A DNA stretch of 64,000 nt from Hyaloraphidium curvatum SAG 235-1 (GCA_025558095.1 JAIVFI010000046.1:120332-184331); one strand, 5' to 3'. Numbered from the stretch's first letter, positions 49,623 to 60,975 are shown. Notes: generated by a model from the letters alone, not told the origin. Numbers and translations: made by a program.

Positions 49623-49654
49623 GAGTCTATCCAAGGGCTCCCTTGGATAGACTC
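49623..49654. other. Perfect 15-2-15 inverted repeat; candidate recombinase crossover (att/res-like) site
   Basis: GAGTCTATCCAAGGG-CT-CCCTTGGATAGACTC. The arms are exact reverse complements around a 2-nt centre. Confidence 0.6.
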
Positions 49655-50872
49655 TCTGAGACCCGCCGCCGAACCGCGATCTTGGAACTTCACTACACGC
49701 TATGCTAGTGCTCGGTTCTCCTCCCCGAGACCAACTAGGATAGAAGAGATGTTGTACTTCCCTCCCTGGGGAACTCAAGGCCAGTCATTGCTATTCAGGT
49801 CGCAGGACCGCCGAATGTGAGCGAGCGTCCCGAATTCACGTCCCGTCGAGCCTGGTGGGGAAGGGACGATATGGAGGAAACGCCTAAATCCCGACAAGAG
49901 CTAATCACATTTACATGCGTGGTTTGGGAGCGCAAGAAGAGCTCCGCAGGTCTTATTCACTCTGGGCCGGGCTTGACAGCTGCACACTTGAATGGACGTC
50001 CGGCATCTCGTCAATGCCGAGCAGCAAGATGCTCGAGCGTTCTAATGTACCATACATGGTTCAATAAAGTCATTCCGATGGATGATGCTTTCTTCCATCC
50101 TCTACTGGTCAGCGAGCGCTCCCAGAGCTCCATGCACGGCATGCTCAAGTTTGGGACCTCGCGGAGCCCCGCATGAGGACGTGAAGTTGTCCACAGCTAT
50201 GAGGCGTTAGAAATGCATATAAATACGCGATTTGTCGAAAAGCCGCGTCGATTGAATCGCCTGTGCGTGAACGCGGGCGGTCGGCGCGGACCCATTTTGG
50301 CCGATTTTGAGCCGTTCCGGAGCCATCCCGCTCACAAAAACGCAATGCAGCACTGCGAGGCGTGCCGATTCCTCAAGTAGTAGTATGAAAGCGTCGAATT
50401 CGGCCTGCATCTCAATTTAGGTCCGCAGCACCTCGGGGACCCAGACCCCCCCCCTCGTCAGTGGAAATTGACGCCGATGGCGCGCAACCACGCACCAAAC
50501 CCGGTCTGCTCCGCGCAATACGCTGACTCGATGTAAATAAGTGCGCAGAAGCTAGAACGGCTACCGGCCATCGATTTTCGCTTGGTGTAGGTGGTCCAGC
50601 AGGTCAAGACTAGCAGGTCCGACGCCCTCCCCCGATGTAGTGCCACTTTGCGCCGGTGTGTCGAGCTCCTCAATCCTGTCATCAAGCACATGCCTTTCTG
50701 TGCATCGCATTACCTCTCTACCATGGCCGCTGGAGCCGATTCAATCACTTCTATGGCCGCATCCGAGCACATACGATCGCCTTCCGGGTCCGTGTTCACC
50801 AGGACGGTCAATGGGGACTTCAGATGAGTTGCCCTGCTTGAATTCCACAATGATATACATGAAACCGATCTA

Positions 50873-53800
50873 CTACTTCGGGAATTCCGTCACAAGAACC
50901 ACCTTCAACGCCTCGTAGGCCGTCAGACGGGGGCCACGCAGCGTGGCATCCTTGGCATCAAGGAGGTCGAGAAACTCTCCCTCCAGGTAGGCCCAGTCGG
51001 GACCTCCATCTTCCGCGCGGCGCGTGCCGTAAGCGGGGATGGTAATCTTGCGCTGCGTGTCGTCGCTACGGCGAAATCCATCATCGCAAAGGCCCAGCCG
51101 ATGGACATGAGCAGCCCGGGATGTCTCCTCCTTGAGCTGCCCGCAGCGCCGACATAGCTGAGCTTCATCCTTTGGGGCATGCCCTCGCACCTTGGGCTTC
51201 GCGGGTTCCATGGCCGAAACAGCAACTTCCGGCAGGGTCAACGAAGGAGCGACCTGTCGGTCCAACTGACGTTAAACCACCAGCGCGACGGCAGAGAGAA
51301 GCCGGTATGCCGCTCACCGACACAGTCGAAGCACCTTGGACGAGCTTCTGGGCCACATGAGCGAAGGCAGCGAGGAGGGCCTCGGCCCAAGCCTCTTTCG
51401 AGATCTCGGGCGGCAAGTGCAGGGGCCTCGGCACGTGCTCGAGCAAAGCGGGCCCAGCTGCCAATGTGGAAGCATCGGGTAGAGCCAGAGACGATGTTGT
51501 CCCAGGCGCCGGCGGCATGGCCCGCTTCTTAGCCGCCGGAACCGACGTCGAGGCCGGCCGCGGTGCCGCCGGCGAATCTGCCCGTCCCTGAACCGAATCC
51601 TCACGTTTCCGCTTGCCGCTCAAGGCCATTGCACCGCTTGACGGCTGAAAGGCGACGGGCAAGGGCGCCGGCGTCCTGCAAAAGACGAGGGATGAGCCCA
51701 GAAGCCGAGATCCGAAAATGGCGTCCACCCACTCCAATACAGGCTCCACAGGCCGGTTTAGAGCCTGCACGGGCGCGGAAGAGAGAGAAGGAACGACGGG
51801 AACCTCCAGCGTGTCTTCCTCCATAGGAAACGAAAGAGGCTGGCTTGCAGCGGCAGTAGAGGCAGCCTTCGGCGACATTTGGCTCGAAGGCCCGGTTGGA
51901 GACGAAATGACCGGCGAGAACAAGCCTGAGGTGGCTACAACGGCGGACCCGAGCTAATGAACGCAGACATGTTGAGTAGACCATGAATCCACTCCATCGC
52001 AATCATTTACCTGGGCCACAGTGCGCTGAAACTCGGCCTTGATGCCGTAGTTCGGCGCGGCTCTACCACGAGCTTTCGGAGACGGCGACGGCTTGTGCGA
52101 AGGACGACTTTTCGGAGTGAATCCGCGAGGCGAGGCGGGCCGCGCCTTCGGGACAGCCGGATCCTTTTCCCTTTCGGCGACGTGGGCCTGCTGGTCCCGG
52201 ATCGCCTTCCCGGCTTGCCGTGCTTCCGCCGAGGTGACGGCACGAATCTCAAAACACTCGTGATCCTCCAGAAGCGGGTTGCATTGTGCAGGGTGACCAT
52301 TCTGGCGAGCCAAGCGGTTCCGAGCTTCCAGCACCTGGCAAAGAGCCGGATTCCTGCCCAACTGCTGGGCGCAAAAGTCGCCGAATTTGATGCGCAACAC
52401 GGTCAGCATGTAATCGAGATCGAAATGGTCAATCTCCTGCAGGATGGTGTCCTCGAGTTTCGCGTGGCGGCCGAGCCAGTCCTGCAGAAGCCGAAAATAG
52501 CCCTCGAGACGATTGCTTCCCCTAGCAACCATCACTGAGCCGTCTGCCGCGATGTAGAACAAAATCTCTGGATCGTCCAAACACCCCTTTTCCAGGTGCA
52601 CTCGAGCGTTTGCCCAGTTCTTCTCAAACACCTCGACCTTCTTTGGAGGAAGACCGCCGTGGTACCGAAGAGCTTCGTTCTTAGCGGCGTCGAAGGCCTT
52701 GATGGCTTCCTCGCGTGGCAGCATCGGCTGCGGCGTCTTCTCCCGCTGGGGAGCTCAACTCCCGGGAACTGAATGGAACTCCAAACGATGCCGATGATCT
52801 TGTCCTTGACAAAATCCGTGACCCCGACGTCCTCGCAAATCCGTTGCACCCAGTGGAAATGGTCGAGACGTACGACCTCGAGATCGCCAAACACAGCCTT
52901 CACGAGTGGGGCTAAAGAGCCCGGCGAGCCACAGCACCGGTCCACTTGGAGCACGATGACCGAGTCCCCGGCTCCTCAAAGGCGCCGACAGATTTCCCCG
53001 AATCAAGCTTCTTTCCGTCGATTCCACGGCCCGCAGCTTTCTGAGCCCGCAAAGAGTTACGAAGAACCTCTAGGCCGTGCTTGGCTGCGTCGTCACCCTT
53101 GTTCCGGGCCATGTACTGCGAACGTCGTCAGAAGCTCCGCTGCATGGGCAGCGCGGAGCGGCTCACCGCGCCAAGAGGAGTACCAGTCACGGTGATGTAC
53201 TTGATCAGCTGAGGTTTGCTGCTCATGGACTCGGCCGCCACGCGGCCGCCGTTCACCTTTGCAGCCGCATCCTTCTCGGCATCCGCGGCAGCACCGCCGT
53301 CAGCATGCTTGCTGGAGTTGAGGGCCTTGTGGCCCCCATTCTCCTCGTCGTGCACGTAAGCTTGGTGCAGTGCGGTCTTTTCCAGTCCGTCCTGCGCAAT
53401 GTTCCGGCCTGCGCGGCGGAGATGAGCCAATTAGCGAAACCAAATCCGTTCCGCCAGAACCCACAGTCAGCCTGGTACTGATATGAGTGGAAAAGATGGT
53501 CGCCGTATCGGTTCCAAACTGCGTCGTGTAGACGAGTCACAAAAGCAGCGTCGATCACATCCCCGGCCATTCTGACGCCAAGTCAACACACAGGCGAAGG
53601 CTCAGCCCGAATCGCGGCCCAACTCACGAGAATTCGTCCTCCATTGACTCCTGGATCGACTGCGGCTTCTTCCTCGCTCTGCCGGAAGAGGCCGGCGAAC
53701 GTCGGTACGGTCGTGCCGTCGGAGGGCCCCGCCTGAGAAGGTGCCGAGTCGTTTTCAGCCGAGTCTGATCTCACGACAAAGGAATCTATGCTCGTTTGCT

Positions 53801-54888
53801 TGGATCCCGAAGAGTCTATGGGAACGGAGTCACAGCGTGTCCTCACGATGCCACACAAAAGGTTACCTGAAGAGAAGAATGCGCTGGTCGTCTCCGCATC
53901 CGGCATGGGGCCATGCTTCCCGTGGTGTTGAAGGTGCAGCGCGACGACGTGATGTTCGGCCTCCAGGTCGGCTGGAACCGAGATGTCACGAAAGGGCAAG
54001 AACCAGTTCAGAAAGAGCCGTACCGTTCAGGATCTTGGCCGCCATGCCCGGCCCGCACTCGTTCACCAGGTTGTAGACCTTCGAGAGGAACGACATGTGC
54101 ACGTACGAGTGGCCGACCCGTTCGTAAGGGAACACTGCCGACGAATGATTAGCAAGGTCGACAAGATCGATCAGGGAGCGGTTCCTACCGACGTAGCGCA
54201 GGTCCGCGGGAATTCTGTCGAGCAGGTTGTGGGCACCAATCTGGAAGGTGCACTTCCCCGCCTTGGCTTCCCCAAAGTTCTCGCAAACGTATCGCCGGGG
54301 GCAAAGAAGTTCCAACTCTCCATGGGGCCCACGCATGAGGAAGAGATCTTGAACCCAAGCACTGGGCTTCAGCTTCAATCCGCACGTCGGACAAATGAGC
54401 CGCGCCAAGTCCGGGTAGCCCTCCCAGGGAGAAAGGATGAAGGTCGGCCGAAGCGTCACGAGAGAATCCATTTCCGGGGTTCCCGGCCCGTTGAGGACCT
54501 TGAAAATCGGATCCCCTCCATCCCGGAGGACGAAGCGCTCCGGATGACGTCGTAGATCGAAGGGAAAAGGCTGGAGACCATGGGTGAACGGGGTAACCTT
54601 CTTCCCCGGCAACCTCCTCTTTTGGGCGGCCGAGAACTCGAGCTGGAAGGCCGTTCCGTGCTGAGGACGCCCTTCTGGAGGTGCCTCGCCCGCCGAAGCT
54701 TGTGGCTGCTGTCCGGCGGGCTCCCCTCCGCTTTCCGGCTGCCCGGCCGGCGGCGCTGCGGTCTTTGGCGGGCGACCGCGCTTCTTCGTCTGCTTTGGTG
54801 CGTCCGAAGCCTTCATCGCGGGGACCTTAGCCTTCTTCACGCCGCCAGAGACCTTCTTCGCGCCGCCCGTGTTCCGGTTCCGACCCAT
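50873..54888 (-). CDS. Zisupton/KDZ-superfamily DDE transposase, multi-exon
   Basis: AT-hook KRGRPPK; DUF6729-like CPTC...W...RRYVC...C...LLDRIP; spliced IAQDGLEK; VDRCC...VRLDHFHWVQR; HLEKGCLDDP...ARGSNRLEGYF; C-terminal CRRCGQLK...H...C finger. Confidence 0.75.
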
Positions 54889-55206
54889 GCCTCCGCTGGC
54901 CCGAGAAGTCGCGTCGAGACGCGACGGTTCGGATCAGTTGGCCTCGTCTTCGGCGCCAGAGTCCTTCCTAGAGCTCAGACTGCCCTGCTTGCAGTCATTC
55001 CCGTCCAGAATGTCCCCAGGGGATGCTTCAACAGAGGCCTCGTCTCCTCCCGGGGAGAGGAAGCTATAAACCGTCGCGACACGCGGGAAGGCGAGGCTCC
55101 TCGCGACAGTAGCGTTGATTCGAGGGCAGAGAAGGCTACGCCGACGCGCGTCTGGGACGGGGCCGGCGCGCAGGTGGCCTCTCAGGGGGTTTGGCCCGGT
55201 GGGGGA

Positions 55207-55272
55207 GGGTTGGGGAGGGTTGAAAGAGGGTTGAAGAGGGTTGAAGGAGGGTTGAACCGGGTTGAAGGGTTT
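55207..55272 (+). repeat. Array of GGGTTG(AA) motifs at ~10.4-bp period
   Basis: The motif starts at 55207, 55217, 55228, 55238, 55249 and 55259, with a degenerate copy at 55267. Confidence 0.85.
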
Positions 55273-55608
55273 GGTCTAGTAAACAGATCTATATCACGCC
55301 GCCCACGCCTATCAAAGCCTGTCATCTCCTCGGGCATCCCCCGCCCAAACTACCGGCGCCTGCGGCACGGGTTAGTTTCCTCCCGCCTTTTTGCGACAGG
55401 CGCCACCACTTCCCGCGGCGGCCGTTGTTGCCGGAAGGGCACACGGCCGGGAGGTCGTGACGCCTATCGCGACGCCACTCTGTCCTCCCCACGCTTCAAC
55501 CTCTCACACATATCTGTGCTGCTGCCCAATCAGGTCCCGTGCTGCCGTCGGCCATCCCTACCATCACCGGCTGCTTCGTAACCCGATCCGGGTGAGGACG
55601 CCGCCGCG

Positions 55609-58600
55609 ATGGCGTCCATATTTCGGAGCGAGGACATGAGGTCGGTGCCTGCCGCTAGAGCGTGCCGCTCCCGACCGCCATCTGTGGTCATACGACTGAC
55701 ATTCTTGCGCACTTCTTCAGCCTCGTGCAGGTCTACATCCCGTCCGAAATCGCCCAGGCCACGGTGGCGGGTGGGTCTTCGATACCAGGGCCCGTCCCTC
55801 GCAAACGATTCGATGAATCTGACGCTTCCCCCGCCATGCAGAGCTCGGCGAGACGGGCCTGATGCAGTTCAAGGACGTGGGTGGTCGACGGGGATTCCCG
55901 GGTCGATGTGGCGCTGACCGTTTCGCCTGCAGCTCAATGGCGACGAGAACGCGTTCAACAGGGCTTTCGTCGGCGAGATCCGCCGTCTCGAGGAAATGGA
56001 GAGGAAGCTCCGTGAGTTGCGCGGCGCTTGCAAGGCTTTGGGAGTGTGCCTGACCCTTTTCCTCGTACCAGGGTTCCTCGAGTCGCAGGTGGACAAGGAA
56101 AAGCTGGACAAGAAGCCGAACGACGATTCGGTTCCGTACGGCCGTGTCCGCTCGCAGCAGATGGTCGACGAGCTCGAGGCCACCGTCAACGACTACGACG
56201 CCCGCATCAACCAGATGAACACGTACCAGGAGGGGCTGAACAAGCGCATGCTCGAGCTCACGGAGCTGCGCCACGTCCTCAAGGAGGCCAGCGGATTTTT
56301 TGCCGACGTGAGTTTACATCGCCAGAAGGATGTTGCGGAGGCCGCTTGCTCATCGCTTTTTCCCAGGCCGAGGCGAACCCGGACCTGATCGAGGCGCAAA
56401 CCCAGGCCAACGCCGCGCTCGCTGCCGGCGGCGCCGGGATCGTTCCGCTCCGCTCCGAAACTTCGGTCAACCCGCTGCTGTCCGCCGAGGAGGCCGGCGC
56501 CGCCGCCGAGTCGAGCAAGCTCGAGTTCGTCGCCGGCGTCATCCCCTCGGCAAAGATGGGCGTGTTCGAGCGCATCCTGTGGCGTGTGCTCCGCGGCAAC
56601 CTGTACATGAACTCGGCGCCGATCGAGGAGCAGATCCGCGACCCCGTCACGGACGAGCTGGTGCAGAAGAACGTCTTCGTCATCTTCGCGCACGGCAAGG
56701 AGGTGCTCACCAAGATCCGCAAGATCTCGGAGTCGCTCGGCGCCACGCTGTACCCGGTTGACGAGAACGCCGCCAAGCGCCGCGAGGACGCCCTCGAGTG
56801 CCAGGCCAGGATCGACGATCTCAACAGCGTGCGTATTCGATCCGCTGCCCCTGTTTTGTACTGGCACGTGCTCACGCGCTGCTGCTCCAGGTCCTGTACA
56901 ACACCAACCAGACCAGGCGCGCGGAGCTCCTCAAGCTCGCCGACAACATCCAGACCTGGAACACGATGGTCAAGAAGGAGAAGGCGATCTACGCGGCCAT
57001 GAACACCTTCAACTACGACGGAAACCGCAAGACCCTCATCGCCGAGGGCTGGGTGCCCGACTACGGCATCCCGGTGCTGCAGCAGTCGCTCCGCGACGTC
57101 GCCGAGCGCACCACGGCGACCGTCCCGCCCTTCCTCTCGGTCATCGAGACCTCGGAGCGCCCGCCGACGCACTTCCGGCTCAACAAGTTCACCAAGGGCT
57201 TCCACCAGATCATCGCCGCCTACGGCATCGCGCGCTACAAGGAAGTCAACCCCGGCCTCTTCACCATCATCACCTTCCCCTTCCTCTTCGCGATCATGTT
57301 CGGCGATATCGGCCACGGCATCTTCATGGCCCTCATCGCCGTGCTCATCTGCTGGTACGAGAAGCCGCTCAAGAAGTACGCCGCGGACGAGATGTTCGGC
57401 ATGATCTACGCGGGTCGGTACATCATCCTCCTCATGGCCTTCTTCTCCATCTACGTCGGCATGGTCTACAACGATATCCTCTCCCTCGGCCTCGAGTTCT
57501 ACGGCTCGGGCTGGGAGTTTTGGCCGCCGTACCCGCCGGAGCACAACGCCACCGAGACCCGCCGCCTGTTTGCCCGCGCCGAAACCAACTACCCGCAGCG
57601 CGGCTTCCAGGTACGAACGTTTACGCTGCCCTGCCTTCGCGGTTTCTAACGCCGTCGCTCTTGACAGACCAAGGTGTACCCGTTCGGTGTCGACCCCGCC
57701 TGGGTGTGGGCCTCGAACAAGCTGCTCTTCCTCAACTCGTACAAGATGAAGCAGGCCATCCTGCTCGGCGTCATCCACATGTCGTTCGGCACGTGCCTGC
57801 AGGTCGCGAACCACATCAAGTTCAAGAACTGGGTCTCGATCGTCTTCGAGTTCATCCCGCAGATCCTCTTCTTCTGGCTCATCTTCGGCTACCTCGGCTT
57901 CATGATCGTCTACAAGTGGTGCACGGACTGGTACTCGCAGGGCCTGCCCCCGCCCAACCTGCTCAACACCCTGATCTACATGTTCCTGTCGCCCGGCCGC
58001 GTGGACGAGCCTCTGTACGCCCAGGGGGTGCGTTGCAGATCTCGTCGTTGTATCCAACTGTCGCGCTGACTGCCATTTCGCAGACCAAGCTCCAGTCGAC
58101 CCTGCAGGTCGCCTTCCTCATCATCGCCCTTGTCTCGGTGCCCATCATGCTTCTGCCCAAGCCCTTCATCCTCAAGGCCCAGCACGACAGGAAGGTCAAG
58201 GCCGCCAAGGCCGCGGGCGGTGCCGCCCACGCGCCCGTGTCGATCGAGGACGGCAACGGCGCCGTCGCCGAGGCCGCGCAGGACGTCGACGCCGTCACGC
58301 AGGCGCACCCGACGGTCGACGCTGCCGCGCCCCCGCTCAACGAGGTCGTGGTCAACGGCGAGTCGTCGACCAAGGACGCCCTGGCCAAGGCGGAGCCGCC
58401 GCGCCTGTCCAAGGACCTCACGGGCGTCAAGGCTGCGCCGACGGACACGGAGCTCATGGAGAACTCGGAGACGGCGCTGGTCCAGGCGCACCACGAGGAC
58501 CACGTGGACCACTTCGACTTTGGCGAGGTCATGATCTACCAGGTCATCCACACGATCGAGTACTGCCTGGGATGCGTGTCCAACACCGCATCGTACCTGC

Positions 58601-59048
58601 GTCTCTGGGCTCTGTCGCTCGCCCACGCCCGTACGTTGCTTTCGTCGCATGCGGTGCAGCCGTTCGCTCACTCGCCTGTCCTCCGCAGAGCTTTCCGAAG
58701 TGCTGTACAACATGACGCTGCAGACCATGTTCAAGCTGGACCCTGGCTTCCTGCAGGTCATCGCCATCTTTGGCGGGTTCGTCGCCTGGTTCACGCTCAC
58801 CATCGGCATCCTGCTCATCATGGAGGGCCTGTCGGCCTTCCTGCACGCGCTGCGTCTGCACTGGGTCGAGTTCAACAACAAATGTGGGTATACCGCGGCT
58901 ATGCAAACGGCGATGGATGCTGACCTTGGGGCACGCAGTCTACGAGGGCAGCGGCCGCGAATTCATCCCCTTCGCCTTCTCTCGCATCAACAAGATGGAC
59001 GACATCGTCGTGCCCGACACCCCGGGCTTCGCCATCGGCGGGCACTAG
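55609..59048 (+). CDS. VPH1: V-type ATPase V0 subunit a, multi-exon
   Basis: [10 protein letters not shown]; [12 protein letters not shown]; [11 protein letters not shown]; YKEVNPG; [11 protein letters not shown]; YPFGVDPAW; NSYKMK; [27 protein letters not shown]; [18 protein letters not shown]. Confidence 0.97.
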
Positions 59049-59411
59049 ATGCGCCGGATGCGCAGTTCGATTGGATTTTCGACAATAGAGTTCCCATGTG
59101 CGGACATGACTCATCTCCGATCCGAAGTAGCTGAATGGCCGCGGTTCCGGACAGCAACTGCGTGTGTTTCATTCTGTGACGGGGATTGATTTTGCTCGCA
59201 GAAGAGGCGATGTATTTGTCAGCGCTGGAGGAAGAAAGGCTGGGGCCCAGGCCTGGCCGGCGGCGGCGGGGCCGGTGGCGGGCGCGCGGGAGCGGAGACC
59301 ACCGAGTGTCTCGCGAAACTCCTTGCCCCGCCGTGCAGACACCCCCGGCCGCGACATCGGCCGGCTCATCCGCCCGCCGAGTGGCCGAGCACTGTTTGGC
59401 GGCGTCGCGCG

Positions 59412-60884
59412 ATGTCGGACAGCGAGGCGAAGGGCCGCAAGCGCGCCCCCGGCCGCAAGGCCTCCGCGGCCGACCCCGCCGAGCGCAAGCAGCGGCGCAA
59501 GGAGCAGAACCGCCGCGCGCAGGTCGCATTCCGCCAGCGCCAGGAGGACCACCTGCGCGGGCTGGAGAACGCCGCCGCCGCCAACAAGCAGGTCGGCGTC
59601 GAGAACTCGCGGCGCCTCCGCGAGCACGCGACCTACCTCCGAGGCGTCGTGGCCACGCTGCTCGACGACAACCGCGTGCTGCTCGAGGCGCTGCGCCGCC
59701 ACCCCGGGGTGCGCGTGGACGACTTGAACCGAATCATCAATGGCGAGCACCTGCTGGCCGCAGGCTTGGCGCCTGAGCCCGAGCTGCTGGACTATCCGCC
59801 GCCGGTCGAGCCCGTGCATGCAAGCAAGTCGGTCGCACGGTCGTCGCCGTACCCCGAGTCGCCGCCGGCCAGTGACGGCACCTCGCCGCCGATGGGCAAC
59901 GGGTCCGTGGTCAAGACCGAGAACATCTTCGGCAATGGCTACGGCGGCTATCCGAGCGCGCAGCCCCCGGCCATGCAGCAGTTGCCGTTTGCTGCCGCCC
60001 CCCAGACCTCGTACATGCAGCCGCTGGCCGACGCGGCGTCGATGGCCAGCCTGCACAGCGGCCAGTCGGTGCAGGGCTACAGCGTGCCCGCCCAGCCCTT
60101 TGCCGGCAGCCCCGGCCCCTACTTCACCCAGCAACTGCAACCCCAGGGCCAGAATGTCATGTTTGGTGGTGCGGTCGGCGGCCTCCAGGATTCCGGCAGC
60201 CTGATGAACTTCGGCCTCAAGGGCATGAACGGCCTGAGCAATTTGGGCGTCCAGCAAGACGTACTCGGCGCTCCCGCCCTCGATGCTGCCTACGTCGATG
60301 ACCCCATCTTCCTGAACTTCCCAGAGAATGACCCGTTGTTTGGCTCGCTGATGAATGTGCCGGTGCCGGACGACGAGGCCCCGCAGGGTGTCGCGCCCTC
60401 GATCGAGCGCCCCCCCGCCGCTGTCTTCAAGGAGTTTGCCGACCGCCTGCTCGCCAGCTACGGCATCTTCCTCGACGCCGGCACGGACGCCGACGGCAAC
60501 CCGACGCTGGACCTGAACGAGCTGCGCATCAACCAGTCCGAGCTCCCCATGATGCCTGTCGTCAACGTACCCTCCCCGGTCCAATCGAACCCCTCGCCCC
60601 CGCAGACCGGCGCCCCCGAAGTCTGCGTCGTGGACCCCCTGGCGCAGGTCGTCGACGACGACAAGCTCTCGCGGTGCATCCAGGCGCTGCCGAACCTCAC
60701 CATGCGGGAAAAGATCAAGGCCCTCCGCCGCAGCGGCTTCGTCAACGTCGACAAGCTGTGCGAGGACGTGCGCGGGCTGGCGAGGTGCCACGGGAACCCG
60801 AAGGACATCAGGGACTGGAGCCTGCCCAGCGGGTTCTTCGACAGGTGGCCGGTGCTGCGGGGGATCCCTATTCGGGTGCGGTGA
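59412..60884 (+). CDS. bZIP transcription factor (Yap-like basic region) with a DUF3425-like C-terminus
   Basis: RRKEQNRRAQVAFRQR plus a zipper; C-terminal LCEDV...CHGNPKDIRDWSLPSGFFDRWP. Confidence 0.85.
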   Translation: MSDSEAKGRKRAPGRKASAADPAERKQRRKEQNRRAQVAFRQRQEDHLRGLENAAAANKQVGVENSRRLREHATYLRGVVATLLDDNRVLLEALRRHPGVRVDDLNRIINGEHLLAAGLAPEPELLDYPPPVEPVHASKSVARSSPYPESPPASDGTSPPMGNGSVVKTENIFGNGYGGYPSAQPPAMQQLPFAAAPQTSYMQPLADAASMASLHSGQSVQGYSVPAQPFAGSPGPYFTQQLQPQGQNVMFGGAVGGLQDSGSLMNFGLKGMNGLSNLGVQQDVLGAPALDAAYVDDPIFLNFPENDPLFGSLMNVPVPDDEAPQGVAPSIERPPAAVFKEFADRLLASYGIFLDAGTDADGNPTLDLNELRINQSELPMMPVVNVPSPVQSNPSPPQTGAPEVCVVDPLAQVVDDDKLSRCIQALPNLTMREKIKALRRSGFVNVDKLCEDVRGLARCHGNPKDIRDWSLPSGFFDRWPVLRGIPIRVR

Positions 60885-60975
60885 GGACTCTTTGTGCGGA
60901 AGAAAATGTTGTTTGTCGTCGGTTGGCTTTGTCTTGTTCATGTGGGTATCGGACAAAAGTGAAATCTGTACAATG

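Larger units (their letters stand above)
46222..55272 (-). mobile_element. Putative ~9-kb Zisupton/KDZ-like DNA element carrying a serine recombinase (boundaries tentative)
   Basis: Contains a transposase and a recombinase. The sequence is visibly less GC-rich than the flanks, has repeat arrays at both ends, and GGTCTAG occurs at both edges (46215-46221, 55273-55279). Confidence 0.5.

Noticed and set aside
50441-50456. Possible left TIR (ccagaccccccccctc) matching the 55264-55279 end
   Set aside because: Only about 11/16 identity in low-complexity sequence, with no flanking target duplication.
48000-50870. IS607/Fanzor (TnpA + TnpB-like nuclease) locus
   Set aside because: No RuvC or Zn-finger TnpB/Fanzor ORF is visible nearby, and the recombinase lacks the IS607 N-terminal HTH and C-terminal signature.
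55200-55272. Interstitial telomere repeat
   Set aside because: The units are ~10 bp and irregular, not tandem TTAGGG-type hexamers.
55262-55281. Helitron 3' end (CTAG followed by T)
   Set aside because: No proper subterminal hairpin and no Rep/helicase motifs in the island. The CTAG at 46218-46221 is not followed by T on the relevant strand.
56279-60956. Long antisense and alternate-frame ORFs (e.g. 56279-58057, 59169-60956; also 2318-3868, 28791-30668, 36133-37869)
   Set aside because: These are shadow ORFs caused by high GC3 codon bias opposite well-supported genes.
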